Made by a program: the position numbers and the translations under genes. A stretch of DNA of 64,000 bases. Source: Candidatus Falkowbacteria bacterium CG10_big_fil_rev_8_21_14_0_10_39_11 (GTDB taxonomy: Bacteria; Patescibacteriota; Patescibacteriia; UBA11705). The stretch covers positions 8,307-72,306 of the forward strand of contig PFAP01000011.1 in NCBI GenBank assembly GCA_002773615.1, written 5' to 3'. Shown here one piece after another: positions 43,943 through 53,967 of the stretch. Within the stretch, counting starts at the first letter, position 1. Every line of letters starts with the position of its first letter. The notes below the pieces were generated by a model, which saw only the letters and a list, made by a program, of their open reading frames with translations, did not search any database and was not told the DNA's origin.

Positions 43943-46159
43943 ATGCATTTAGTCATCGTCGAGTCTCCAACCAAGGCCAAAACCATTTCCAAATTTCTAC
44001 CCAAAGATTACAAAGTGGAATCTTCTTATGGCCATGTGAGAGATCTACCGCCCAAAGAACTTGGTATTGATGTTGATAAAGATTTCAAACCCAAATATGC
44101 GGTAATTGAAAAAGCCAAAAAACAAGTAAAAAAACTAAAAGATTTATCTGAGAAAGCAGACAACGTTATTTTGGCAACTGATGAAGATCGCGAAGGAGAA
44201 GCGATCTCTTGGCACTTGAAATATTTACTCAAACCAAAGAAATATCAAAGAATCACTTTTCATGAAATCACCAAAAGCGCCATCGAACACGCCTTGGAAA
44301 ATCCGAGAGCTATTGATGAAAATTTAGTTGACGCCCAACAAGCCAGACGTGTCCTGGACCGTCTCGTTGGTTTCAAATTGTCTCCATTCCTTTGGAACAA
44401 AGTCGCAAGAGGATTGTCCGCCGGTCGTGTCCAATCAGTTACCGTCCGCTTGATCGTAGAAAAAGAACGCGAACGCGAAGCATTCAAACAAGACGAATAT
44501 TGGACTATCGAAGGAATTTTTGATAAAGAAAAACAAGAGTTCCCAGGCAAATTAAATGCTATTGGCGCTAAAACATTAAAAAAATTAGACATCAAAGACA
44601 AAGAATCTGCAGACAAAATATTGGAGGAATTAAAAGATAAATCATACAAAATCACAAAAGTAGAGAAAAAGGAAACCAAAAAAAATCCCCCCACCCCACT
44701 GACCACCTCAACCATGCAACAGGCAGCCAACAACAAACTACACATGTCAGCCAAACAAGCCATGATGGTCGCCCAACAACTCTATGAAGGTATAAAAATT
44801 GGATCAGAATCTATTGGTCTCATCACCTACATGAGAACTGACTCTCAAAATTTGTCAGAAATCTTTCTCCAATCTACTCACGATTATTTAAAAACCACTC
44901 TTGGCCCAGAATACATTCCGGCCAAACCGGTTCGTTACAAATCAAAATCAAAAGGAGCCCAAGAAGCTCACGAAGCTATTCGTCCCACTGATCCAGCTCA
45001 AACACCAGAATCAATCAGACAATATTTAGACGACAAACAGTTCAAACTTTACAACTTAATCTGGTCTCGAACTCTGGCGACTCAGATGACCGCCGCCAAA
45101 TTGGATGCAACCATCATTGATATCAACGACGAATCAGACAAATATACTTTCCGCGCCAATGGCCAAACCATTAAGTTTGATGGCTTTCTCAGAATTTACA
45201 AAGAAGTCACCAAAGAAGCTCTTTTGCCGGAATTAAATGAAGGTGATACTCTCGGCAGCAAAGAGATCAAAGGCGAACAACATTTCACTCAACCACCAGC
45301 CCGGTACACCGAAGCGACTTTAGTCAAAGCACTGGAAGAATATGGTATTGGCCGACCTTCAACCTACGCGCCAACAATTGCAACCGTTCAAGACCGTGGT
45401 TACGTTGAAAAAGAAGCCAAGGCTCTCAAACCGACTGAGATGGGTACTTTGGTAACCGATATTTTGGTTGAACACTTTGCCGATATTGTTGATTATGATT
45501 TTACCGCTGATATTGAAAAAAAATTCGACTTAATTGAAGAAGGCAAACAAGAATGGCAACCGATTATCAAAAATTTTTATGAACCATTTATTGATAATTT
45601 ACAGAAAAAAACCAAAGAGTTAACAAAAAAAGATTTAACCGAAGAAACCACTGATGAAAAATGCGAAAAATGCCAAGCTCCAATGGTGATCAAGACTGGA
45701 AGATTTGGGAAATTCATCGCTTGTTCAAATTACCCAGAATGTAAAAATACCAAAAATATTAATGCTGAAACCGGTGAAATTGAGGACAAGCCAGAACTAA
45801 AGACGTTAGATGAAAAATGCCCGGACTGTAAAGCCGCCTTAGTAGAAAAAGTTGGCCGATTTGGACCATTTATTGGTTGTTCAAATTATCCTGATTGCAA
45901 ATACATCAAAAAGCAAAAACAAGGCACTGGCGTAAATTGTCCCAAGTGTGAAACTGGAGAAATTGAAACCAAACGAACCCGAGCCGGAAAAATATTCTAT
46001 GGCTGCGACAAATATCCCAAATGCGACTTTGCCTTGTGGCAAAAACCAACTGGTGAAAAATGCCAAACTTGTGAAGCTCTAATCACTGAAACAATCAAAG
46101 GAGATAAAAAGTGTTCTAACAAAGATTGCCAAACAAACAGTAAAACAAAGAAAAAATAA
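43943..46159 (+). CDS. topA: DNA topoisomerase I with C-terminal Zn-ribbon repeats
   Basis: MHLVIVESPTKAKTISKFL Toprim start, catalytic-Tyr region, and repeated CxxC...CxxC ribbons (CEKCQAPMVIKTGRFGKFIACSNYPEC etc.). Confidence 0.95.
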   Translation: MHLVIVESPTKAKTISKFLPKDYKVESSYGHVRDLPPKELGIDVDKDFKPKYAVIEKAKKQVKKLKDLSEKADNVILATDEDREGEAISWHLKYLLKPKKYQRITFHEITKSAIEHALENPRAIDENLVDAQQARRVLDRLVGFKLSPFLWNKVARGLSAGRVQSVTVRLIVEKEREREAFKQDEYWTIEGIFDKEKQEFPGKLNAIGAKTLKKLDIKDKESADKILEELKDKSYKITKVEKKETKKNPPTPLTTSTMQQAANNKLHMSAKQAMMVAQQLYEGIKIGSESIGLITYMRTDSQNLSEIFLQSTHDYLKTTLGPEYIPAKPVRYKSKSKGAQEAHEAIRPTDPAQTPESIRQYLDDKQFKLYNLIWSRTLATQMTAAKLDATIIDINDESDKYTFRANGQTIKFDGFLRIYKEVTKEALLPELNEGDTLGSKEIKGEQHFTQPPARYTEATLVKALEEYGIGRPSTYAPTIATVQDRGYVEKEAKALKPTEMGTLVTDILVEHFADIVDYDFTADIEKKFDLIEEGKQEWQPIIKNFYEPFIDNLQKKTKELTKKDLTEETTDEKCEKCQAPMVIKTGRFGKFIACSNYPECKNTKNINAETGEIEDKPELKTLDEKCPDCKAALVEKVGRFGPFIGCSNYPDCKYIKKQKQGTGVNCPKCETGEIETKRTRAGKIFYGCDKYPKCDFALWQKPTGEKCQTCEALITETIKGDKKCSNKDCQTNSKTKKK

Positions 46160-46192
46160 ATTTCAGACTATACTTTTAATCGACATACAAAA

Positions 46193-46216
46193 AACAGCCT
46201 CAAAGGCTGCTTTTTG
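46193..46216 (+). terminator. Rho-independent terminator after topA (CAGCCT-CAAA-GGCTG + T5)
   Basis: Hairpin followed by CTTTTTG. Confidence 0.55.
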
Positions 46217-46521
46217 TTGACATTGAATTAGGGTTTACCTAACTCTGGCGTAGAAATCAAGGAAACAACTCCAATCACAAAACTGCAAGTTTCGTGTCTC
46301 CCAAATCCCACAAAAAAAACATAACACTTTTGATTCAAACAATCAAGGTCTATTCACCATAAAAACGATACATCAAAGTATCGCTTTCTGGGTGAGAATC
46401 AATCAACCATAATTTGTTTATCAAAATCTTTGACTTTACAAATCATTAAAAAACTGCTAAAATATAAGGCTATTGAAAATCCTCCCAGATATCCTATAAT
46501 AAGAGTATCAGCACTAATATT

Positions 46522-48153
46522 ATGGACCAGAAAATTCAAAAATTGATTGATAATCTCAACCGTGTTCACGGTCACGAAATTAATGAAAAAATCATTCAGA
46601 CCGTTTTTAATTTGACTAAAGATATTGATGATGAACTGACAAAAAATCAAGCCTTCAACAACGCCTACAACATCAGCCTCAAACACGTTCCAGCCGAAAT
46701 TGTAGCGCTTGAATATTTATACTGTTTCAAATCTCACATTCCAAACCTGGAGAATATTACTAAGAAACAAACATCTTCAAATTTTTACAAACTGTTCAAA
46801 GCTCACGATCTTGCTAATATTCATTTAGATGTCAAACTTCACAACCGAAGTCTTTTAGAACATACAAAAAACACCGTTCATCATTTAGCTGAGCTCAATC
46901 CAGACTTTCATTCCCTTTACGCCGCTTATCTCAAACATCTTCCGGAATACTCACCGATTAGCATAAAGGATCTTCAAAAAATATTCGGCACCGATGTCGT
47001 CAATATTATTCAAGCCACAAATCGTCTAAAAACAATTTGCCGTCCGTCTGACACCAATAACCATGAATCGCTCCAACAACTTATCCTGACCAGCTCAAAA
47101 GATACTCGAGTTATTATTTTAAAAATGTGTTCCCTCATTGACTTGCTCAAGAACATTGATCAAATAAAAGAAAAACACCGCATCAGAACCGCCACCGAAG
47201 CCATGCATATTTATGCTCCCATTGCAGACATTCTCGGTATCTGGCGTCTCAAATGGCAACTGGAAGATTATTCATTCCGGTTTCTTCAACCAGAAGAGTA
47301 CCAAAATATCGAAAGAAAATTTCATGTTGATGAAAAGAAAAACCGAGAAAAATATGTCGCTAAAACTATAAAAATATTGACCAATAAAGCCCAAAAGAAC
47401 AACCTTCACTGTGATGTGAGTGGTCGCTTCAAACATTTTTACAGCATTTATCAAAAAATGAATGAAAAACAAAAAAACTTCAACGAAATATATGATGTAT
47501 TTGCGCTTAGAATTATTGTGCCGACAATTGATGACTGCTACAAAGCATTAGAATTGATTCATTCCATCTGGCACCCGGTACCAAATAGAATCAAAGACTA
47601 TATCAACGCGCCCAAAAAAAACCAATACCGCAGTTTACATACCACCGTCTATGGCCTAAATAATCGTCCGACTGAATTTCAAATACGAACCGCTGACATG
47701 GACCATGAAGCTAGGTATGGTAAATCATCACATTGGTTTTACAAAAACAATCAAAAAAATATCCCTGACTGGGCGTTGAAAATCATCAACTTCAATCGCT
47801 CAACCAACCACAATCAAGACTGGATTCAGATTAACACTGAAGTTTTATTTGATAAAATTTTCACCTATACACCCAAAGGAGACGTTATTTCTCTCCCCAA
47901 AGGAGCCACTGTCATTGACTTTGCCTATCACATTCATTCACAAGTCGGCAACAGTTGTCATTCTGCCCGAGTCAATAGCCAAACAGTCCAATTGGATCAT
48001 GAGCTACAAAATGAAGACATCGTTGAGATCATCAGCAATCCAAAACAATTTCTACCTAAAGAAGAGTGGTTAAAAATAATAACCACACCAATCGCAGAAA
48101 AAAAGATCCTTCAAGCTCTCGAATCTGATCCTAGACATGAAATATATCACTAA
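46522..48153 (+). CDS. RelA/SpoT-homolog 1: degenerate HD region + (p)ppGpp synthetase domain + TGS domain; no ACT/RRM tail
   Basis: Synthetase core RFKHFYSIYQKM ... YDVFALRIIV ... YRSLHTTVYG; TGS FTYTPKGDVISLPKGATVIDFAYHIHSQVG. No canonical HDxxED hydrolase motif seen. Confidence 0.8.
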   Translation: MDQKIQKLIDNLNRVHGHEINEKIIQTVFNLTKDIDDELTKNQAFNNAYNISLKHVPAEIVALEYLYCFKSHIPNLENITKKQTSSNFYKLFKAHDLANIHLDVKLHNRSLLEHTKNTVHHLAELNPDFHSLYAAYLKHLPEYSPISIKDLQKIFGTDVVNIIQATNRLKTICRPSDTNNHESLQQLILTSSKDTRVIILKMCSLIDLLKNIDQIKEKHRIRTATEAMHIYAPIADILGIWRLKWQLEDYSFRFLQPEEYQNIERKFHVDEKKNREKYVAKTIKILTNKAQKNNLHCDVSGRFKHFYSIYQKMNEKQKNFNEIYDVFALRIIVPTIDDCYKALELIHSIWHPVPNRIKDYINAPKKNQYRSLHTTVYGLNNRPTEFQIRTADMDHEARYGKSSHWFYKNNQKNIPDWALKIINFNRSTNHNQDWIQINTEVLFDKIFTYTPKGDVISLPKGATVIDFAYHIHSQVGNSCHSARVNSQTVQLDHELQNEDIVEIISNPKQFLPKEEWLKIITTPIAEKKILQALESDPRHEIYH

Positions 48154-48171
48154 ATTTGGTATAATAAATCT

Positions 48172-49635
48172 ATGACTATTCGCAAACTCATCAGCACAAT
48201 CAAGGGCCAATATCCTCAATCTGACATTGAAAGAGTCGAGGCTGCTTTTGACTTTGCCAACAAGGCTCATGCCGGACAAAAACGAGCTACCGGAGCTAAT
48301 TACATTGAACATTCTTTGGCCACAGCTCAAACGCTCGCCGAATTAAAACTACCACCAAACATGATCATTGCTGGTCTATTGCATGATGTACCAGAAGATA
48401 CCGAACATACACTAGCAGAAATCAAAGAAAAATTTGGCACCGATGTTGCCGGTATTGTTGAAGGCATTACCAAATTGAGTAACATCAAATATCTCGGCAT
48501 GGATCGCTACGTTGAAAATTTACGAAAAATGTTTGTTGCGATGGCCGAAGATATTAGAGTCATCATTGTCAAATTTGCTGACCGTTTGCACAACTTAAGC
48601 ACTCTCTACGCTTTACCAGCCAATAAACAAAAAAGAATTGCCATGGAAACTCTGGAGATATACGCTCCCATTGCCAACCGTCTCGGTATTGGTGAACTTC
48701 AATCTCGTCTCGAAGACACCGCCTTCAAATATGCCTATCCCGAAGAATATATCTGGGTTGAACAACTGATCAAACAAAACGCCCCGATCAAACAAAAAAC
48801 CTTAAACCTAATGATCAAACAACTCACCGATGAGCTTGGAACCGAAAAAATCAACTATGTCGAAATTTACGGCCGATCAAAACACTATTACAGCCTCTAT
48901 CGCAAGCTACTACGCTTCAATCGAGATATCACAAAAATCTACGACATCGTAGCGATTCGAGTGATTCTAAAAAATATCGCTGATTGTTATGCCACTCTCG
49001 GAATCATTCACAGTATATGGAAGCCGGTCAAAGGTAGAATTAAAGACTATATTGCCCAACCAAAACCCAATGGTTACCAATCTCTCCATACCACCGTATT
49101 TGGCGCCAATCAAGAAATCGTCGAGCTCCAACTCAGAAGTCAAACCATGGATGAACAAGCCGAATTTGGTATTGCTTCTCATTGGAATTACAAAGAATCA
49201 CCTCAAAATAAACAAGAAAAAAGTAAAAAAGAGGTTGCTTGGGTTCAAGACTTGGCTCGCTGGCTCAAAGATGTCCGGGACAATGAAAACTTTCTTGAAG
49301 GGGCCAAGATTGACGTTTTCCAAAATCGAATTTTCGTATTTACCCCACAAGGTGACGTCATCGACCTCCCGGACGGAGCGACGCCAGTTGACTTTGCTTA
49401 TCATATTCACACCGATATTGGTGACAAAACTGAACGAGCCATAGTCAACAACACTCAGATTAGCCTAGATACAAAATTAAAAAATGGTGACGTGGTAGAA
49501 ATTGTCACCGACAAAAACCGCAAAGGTCCCAATCCTGAATGGCTAAAATTTGTCACCACCCGAACCGCCAGACAGCATATTGCTATTTTCAAAAATCAAA
49601 GCTGGAAAAATCTTATATCAAAATTTAAAAAATAA
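48172..49635 (+). CDS. RelA/SpoT-homolog 2: intact HD hydrolase + synthetase + TGS (bifunctional-type), truncated after TGS
   Basis: AGLLHDVPEDTEHT (HD motif), RSKHYYSLYRKL ... YDIVAIRVIL ... YQSLHTTVFG, TGS VFTPQGDVIDLPDGATPVDFAYHIHTDIG. Confidence 0.85.
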   Translation: MTIRKLISTIKGQYPQSDIERVEAAFDFANKAHAGQKRATGANYIEHSLATAQTLAELKLPPNMIIAGLLHDVPEDTEHTLAEIKEKFGTDVAGIVEGITKLSNIKYLGMDRYVENLRKMFVAMAEDIRVIIVKFADRLHNLSTLYALPANKQKRIAMETLEIYAPIANRLGIGELQSRLEDTAFKYAYPEEYIWVEQLIKQNAPIKQKTLNLMIKQLTDELGTEKINYVEIYGRSKHYYSLYRKLLRFNRDITKIYDIVAIRVILKNIADCYATLGIIHSIWKPVKGRIKDYIAQPKPNGYQSLHTTVFGANQEIVELQLRSQTMDEQAEFGIASHWNYKESPQNKQEKSKKEVAWVQDLARWLKDVRDNENFLEGAKIDVFQNRIFVFTPQGDVIDLPDGATPVDFAYHIHTDIGDKTERAIVNNTQISLDTKLKNGDVVEIVTDKNRKGPNPEWLKFVTTRTARQHIAIFKNQSWKNLISKFKK

Positions 49636-49637
49636 AT

Positions 49638-50231
49638 ATGAAAAAAATTTCCTTTATTACTTTAATGTTTTCATGCTTTTTTGTTTTCATGATTTTTACT
49701 CCCAACGCCCAAGCAATAATTGCGCCCACCGGCGCAGAGTGTACTGCCAACAATAAATGCGATACCTCTATTGACTTTTGTCCTACCACCACTCCTAGAG
49801 TCTGTACAACCAAAATAGCCACTGGCTCAACCAACTGTACAACCAATAACATGTGCCAATCAAACTATTGTAACACCACCAACTCTACCTGCGAGGTACA
49901 ACAACCGCCCATCCTCCCCCCTTCACAGCCATCAGGACTGACTCCAACCAATGCTAGTGGCACCACCACCTCTTTACCCAACCCACTTGGCACAACATCC
50001 ATCAACCTACTGCTTGGCCGTATCATCCGCTATGTTGTCGGTCTATCTGGTGCTCTAGCCCTAGTTATTTTTATTTATGGCGGCCTGATGTGGATTTTTT
50101 CTCAAGGCAAAGCCGACATGATTAACAAGGGGAAAAAAGCTATCTCCTATTCTGTTATCGGCCTGGTAATAATTTTCACCAGCTATATTATCATCCGATT
50201 CATCATCACCGCCCTGACAAAATTTACCTAA
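49638..50231 (+). CDS. Secreted Cys-rich protein with a C-terminal T4SS-pilin-like domain (third copy of the domain in this window)
   Basis: Signal peptide, 14-Cys N-domain, Pro/Thr linker, then LLGRIIRYVVGLSGALALVIFIYGGLMWIFSQGKADMINKGKKAISYSVIGLVIIFTSYIIIRFI, which aligns with the N-termini of the 2688-aa and 702-aa proteins. Confidence 0.65.
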   Translation: MKKISFITLMFSCFFVFMIFTPNAQAIIAPTGAECTANNKCDTSIDFCPTTTPRVCTTKIATGSTNCTTNNMCQSNYCNTTNSTCEVQQPPILPPSQPSGLTPTNASGTTTSLPNPLGTTSINLLLGRIIRYVVGLSGALALVIFIYGGLMWIFSQGKADMINKGKKAISYSVIGLVIIFTSYIIIRFIITALTKFT

Positions 50232-50357
50232 AATTAAGCATATCACTCTCAAGAAAAACACTTTACAGTTGACTTTTTTCAAAATATATGGTAAAGTGTT
50301 TTGTAATACCCGAGTTCGTTTAAAACCAATCAGAACCACTCTAAAAGGAGTCTAACC

Positions 50358-51452
50358 ATGGAATGGTACAATATCGCTGGTATTATCTGTCTAGTCCTTC
50401 TTGCTGCAGTACCTTTCATTACCATTATCAAACAGCCGACCATGATTTTTACTCTCCGGCTTGGCAAACTTGATCGAATTCTCCTTCCTGGACTCAACTG
50501 GCGAATCCCATTGATTGACGATCTTAATACTTTCCGTTTCTCAACCAAAATCTTCAAAAAAGACGGCGACGATAAAAAAATCACAGAAAGCATTATCACT
50601 TCCGATGGACGAATCGTTACTGTAGAAATCGGCCTGGTCACTCAAATTGGCCGAAGCAAAAACGTTTGCAGAAATGGGAATCCATTTAACCCGAACAGCG
50701 ATGATGCTGATTACGCCGAACGATTCATCAACAGTCAAGATGACTTAGATAAAATCGTTCGAGAAATCATTATTGACATTGTTCGCAGTGCTATCAATGG
50801 TTATGAATTCGATGACACCCAGACACACAAACAACTCGTTCTTCAATTCCTTAGATTCTATGTCAAAACCCTAGCCAATGAAGAAGTTGATAACTCTGAC
50901 CCTGCACATATCAACGAAATCAAAGCTTATGAGGACCAAAGACTACAACAAGCTCTTGATGGCCTTGATCCTGTGACTGACGAACGTAGAATCAAACTGA
51001 TTACTAGACTTTTCAATGTCACTCGGATTGACCACGCCAAACTGGTTGCCAATCACTCTATCCTTGAAACCACCGGTCTCCATATCGTCCGTGTCAATAT
51101 CGATGACATCTCTCCTCCAGATAAAATTGTTGACGCATATCAAGCCATCGAAACCGCCCATGCTCAGTCCCTAGCCGCCAAAGAAACGGCCAAAAGAGAT
51201 ATTACTATTGCCAAGGGTGAAGCCAAATCAATTGACATTAAAGCCACAGCCGAAGCCTCTAGACGCTTAAAGATGCTCGAAGCTGAAGCCGCAGGCCAAA
51301 ATAGTATTGAAGAAGTTCGAACCGCTCACCTTAGAGCTCGAACCAAAGATGGCATTGGTGACCTTGCCAACGCTGCCATTGAATTTGCTGGTGCCTTCGC
51401 TGACCGTGCTCGCAATGGTGGCGGTTCAAGTAATAAAAAAGACAAATCCTAA
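50358..51452 (+). CDS. SPFH/band-7 (stomatin/prohibitin/HflKC-like) membrane protein with coiled-coil C-terminus
   Basis: N-terminal TM, then LRLGKLDRILLPGLNWRIPLIDDL (SPFH start) and a long Ala/Glu/Lys-rich helical tail; SD AAAAGGAG; terminator 51461-51486. Confidence 0.7.
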   Translation: MEWYNIAGIICLVLLAAVPFITIIKQPTMIFTLRLGKLDRILLPGLNWRIPLIDDLNTFRFSTKIFKKDGDDKKITESIITSDGRIVTVEIGLVTQIGRSKNVCRNGNPFNPNSDDADYAERFINSQDDLDKIVREIIIDIVRSAINGYEFDDTQTHKQLVLQFLRFYVKTLANEEVDNSDPAHINEIKAYEDQRLQQALDGLDPVTDERRIKLITRLFNVTRIDHAKLVANHSILETTGLHIVRVNIDDISPPDKIVDAYQAIETAHAQSLAAKETAKRDITIAKGEAKSIDIKATAEASRRLKMLEAEAAGQNSIEEVRTAHLRARTKDGIGDLANAAIEFAGAFADRARNGGGSSNKKDKS

Positions 51453-51571
51453 ACTTACATACCTCAAAACTGAGGTATTTTTTTATTTCTTTATCATGTT
51501 ATAATTTCTTTGCTTTTATGTTTTAATGCTTTCTTGTTTTCATGTTCTTTTACCCTAAAACCACCCCAATA

Positions 51572-51601
51572 TTGACAACATATAAAAAAATATGATATAA
51601 T
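51572..51601 (+). promoter_or_regulatory. Sigma70-like promoter (TTGACA-18-TATAAT)
   Basis: Consensus hexamers 38 bp upstream of the next start codon. Confidence 0.45.
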
Positions 51602-51638
51602 GTTATGTAATCAAAATCCTGAATACAAGGAGAGAAAC

Positions 51639-52304
51639 ATGACATATCTGATTCTCGTTCTACTGTTTGCCGCTACCGCTCTTTTCATGCTTGGAATTCA
51701 CTGGGGTCTATCACTTGGAGTTGTCGTCATCGGCATCTTCGTAATCGGTTATCTAATCCGTCGAAAGAATGCAACTACCACCCCAGCCACCACAACGACC
51801 ACCACCCCAAAGAAAAAACCGGAATTCCACTGGAGTCTCTACATCTTCTCTCTGATCATCATCGGGTTGTTGGCTTGGGTCATCGTTGGTGGCGCCCCAT
51901 ACGCCGCCAGCTGTGCTAGTGGCTGTATTAGCGGCTGCAACAAAAGCTGGAAAGACTTCAACATCGCCAGCACCCAAGCTCGACCAGAAAATACCGTCAG
52001 CAAACCTGTCTGGTGGGCTGGACCGGTCAATCCCGGCATGATCGTGGAGATCGGCGAGATCACTTACAACAGCACACCACGAATGAACAACTGCATCGCA
52101 ATCTACATCAACTACTCGGCTGTTCAATGCCGTCTTCTCGATCCCACCACCGAAGGAACCTCAAAGTGGGAAGAAGTGAGCATGGACAACAATGGCCAAG
52201 AATTTTGCGCCAGTCCAGTCACATCTGGCATCCTACAGTTGACCGTCCCACCTGGAGGCGTTCAAGAATACGTCACCATACTTCACTACAAATCAAGACA
52301 ATAA
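51639..52304 (+). CDS. Membrane protein with poly-Thr linker and Cys-rich extracytoplasmic domain; GC-elevated gene
   Basis: Start at MTYLILVL (SD AAGGAGAG); two TM helices flank TTPATTTTTTPKKKP, then a Cys-rich domain (CASGCISGCNKSW). Codon usage is visibly more GC-rich than neighbours. Confidence 0.45.
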   Translation: MTYLILVLLFAATALFMLGIHWGLSLGVVVIGIFVIGYLIRRKNATTTPATTTTTTPKKKPEFHWSLYIFSLIIIGLLAWVIVGGAPYAASCASGCISGCNKSWKDFNIASTQARPENTVSKPVWWAGPVNPGMIVEIGEITYNSTPRMNNCIAIYINYSAVQCRLLDPTTEGTSKWEEVSMDNNGQEFCASPVTSGILQLTVPPGGVQEYVTILHYKSRQ

Positions 52305-52396
52305 AGATCAAAAGACCGCTCGGTATCACCCGAACGGCTTTTTTTATATTTGATATTCAATAATTCGTACCTTTGTATTATTCGTGATTAGAACCA

Positions 52397-52987
52397 CTAC
52401 TCTGCTGCTGGATCTATTACTTTATCACCATAAAAATTCAAACTATTGAGCAATAACTTTGCATCTTCACTATTATCCATCAAACGAATCTCAACAATTC
52501 GATCAGCCAGCTCAAATCCAATCACATCCATCTTCTCCGACTCCGGCAATCCGGTTACTTCACGCAATAATGTTCCTTCTCGATCATCAACGCGAATCGT
52601 TTCTTTTTCAATCTCCGAATCCCACAAATCGCGTTCTACTTCCTTACGAAAATAATCACCGATGGAATATCCAACATTCCAATTAACAAATCCTTTGACA
52701 ATCACCGCGCCTTTATATTCATCAGTCAATTTTTTATTTTCTGGATAAAAAACTACTTTACGACCACCTTCGAGATCAGTGGCATCATCCTGATAAGTCC
52801 ATCCTTTTGGTACTCGAAGCTCATATCTAAATAACGGATTGGTATATGTACCAAACCCCCGGACTCCCTCTGAGACGGTCTCTGGGTTAACATTCCAACT
52901 AACTCGTTCATATTTTGGCGCCTTTTCACAACCAGCCAAAGTAAAAGCCATCACCATGATCAACCCTCCAAGTAAAATCTTTTTCAT
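52397..52987 (-). CDS. Lipoprotein (lipobox LAGC), hypothetical
   Basis: MKKILLGGLIMVMAFTLAGCEK signal peptide with lipobox; soluble domain of unknown function. Confidence 0.55.
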   Translation of the reverse strand: MKKILLGGLIMVMAFTLAGCEKAPKYERVSWNVNPETVSEGVRGFGTYTNPLFRYELRVPKGWTYQDDATDLEGGRKVVFYPENKKLTDEYKGAVIVKGFVNWNVGYSIGDYFRKEVERDLWDSEIEKETIRVDDREGTLLREVTGLPESEKMDVIGFELADRIVEIRLMDNSEDAKLLLNSLNFYGDKVIDPAAE

Positions 52988-53029
52988 AAAATATTTGTAT
53001 CTTAATTCTCTTTCCTTATTTATTCTCAA

Positions 53030-53050
53030 TCCTTGCCTGCCGGCAGGCAG
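53030..53050. repeat. GC-rich perfect palindrome CCTTGCCTGCCGGCAGGCAGG (repeat family copy C), between parB stop and the lipoprotein start
   Basis: 14-bp perfect palindrome GCCTGCCGGCAGGC with no loop. Confidence 0.6.
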
Positions 53051-53067
53051 GTCTTAATTATCTTACT

Positions 53068-53949
53068 TTAATTCGTTATTTTAAACACTATATCATTAAA
53101 CTCTTCTTCTGAATAAAAGTCAATCACGATCTGTCCCCTGCCACCTTTTTTGGTCACCGATACTTTGGTTGACAAAGCATCCCGAATTTCTTCTTTAGCC
53201 GCCTCGGTAGTCGGATCAAGCTGTTCTCTAGACTTTGACTTACCTCTTTTGGTCAATTTGCGGCTTTCTTGCTCAGCATCTCTTACGGTAAAATTATAAT
53301 TCAATATTTGTTCCAAAAAATTCAATTGTTTTTCATCAGTCTCAAATCCCGCAATCACTCTGGCATGACCTTCGGTAATTTTACCATCCACCAAAGCCTT
53401 TTGTACCTCTTCTGGCAAATTTATAACTCGCAGCCTATTGGCAATCGAAGACCGGGATTTTCCCACACGTTCAGCCACCTCTTCTTGAGTCAAATTAAAC
53501 TCGTCCATCAATTTTTGATACGCCAAAGCTTCTTCAATCGGATTAAGCTGTTGCCGTTGTACATTTTCAATCAATGCTAACTCCAATTTTTCCTGTTCAT
53601 CAGCCTCTCTCACTATACACGGGACCGTACTCAATCCGGCAATCTTTGATGACCGCATTCGCCGCTCACCGGCAATCAGTTCATATCGATCACCTTGCTT
53701 AGTGACAATCAATGGCTGAATCACCCCATACTCTTTGATTGAATTAATCAGTTCTTCCAATTCACTATGATCAAAAACTCGTCGGGGTTGCATTGGGTTA
53801 ACATCAATTTTATCGAGTGGCACCTGCAAAATCTTGTCACTTTCATCAATCAAAAGATCTCTGTGTTGCTGCGACACCACCTCTTCTGTGATTTTTTTAT
53901 TTGGGATAAGAGATCCCAATCCTCGTCCCAAACCACCGACTTTTGTCAT
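53068..53949 (-). CDS. parB: Chromosome partitioning protein ParB/Spo0J
   Basis: ParB box II LIAGERRMRSSKIAGLSTVPCIV, HTH, N-terminal GLGRGLGSL. Confidence 0.9.
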   Translation of the reverse strand: MTKVGGLGRGLGSLIPNKKITEEVVSQQHRDLLIDESDKILQVPLDKIDVNPMQPRRVFDHSELEELINSIKEYGVIQPLIVTKQGDRYELIAGERRMRSSKIAGLSTVPCIVREADEQEKLELALIENVQRQQLNPIEEALAYQKLMDEFNLTQEEVAERVGKSRSSIANRLRVINLPEEVQKALVDGKITEGHARVIAGFETDEKQLNFLEQILNYNFTVRDAEQESRKLTKRGKSKSREQLDPTTEAAKEEIRDALSTKVSVTKKGGRGQIVIDFYSEEEFNDIVFKITN

Positions 53950-53967
53950 AATATTTTTATTTTTTAT

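Noticed and set aside
53030-53050. GC palindrome next to parB as a parS centromere site
   Set aside because: Does not match the conserved parS consensus (TGTTNCACGTGAAACA); it belongs to the dispersed CCTGCCGGCAGG repeat family instead.
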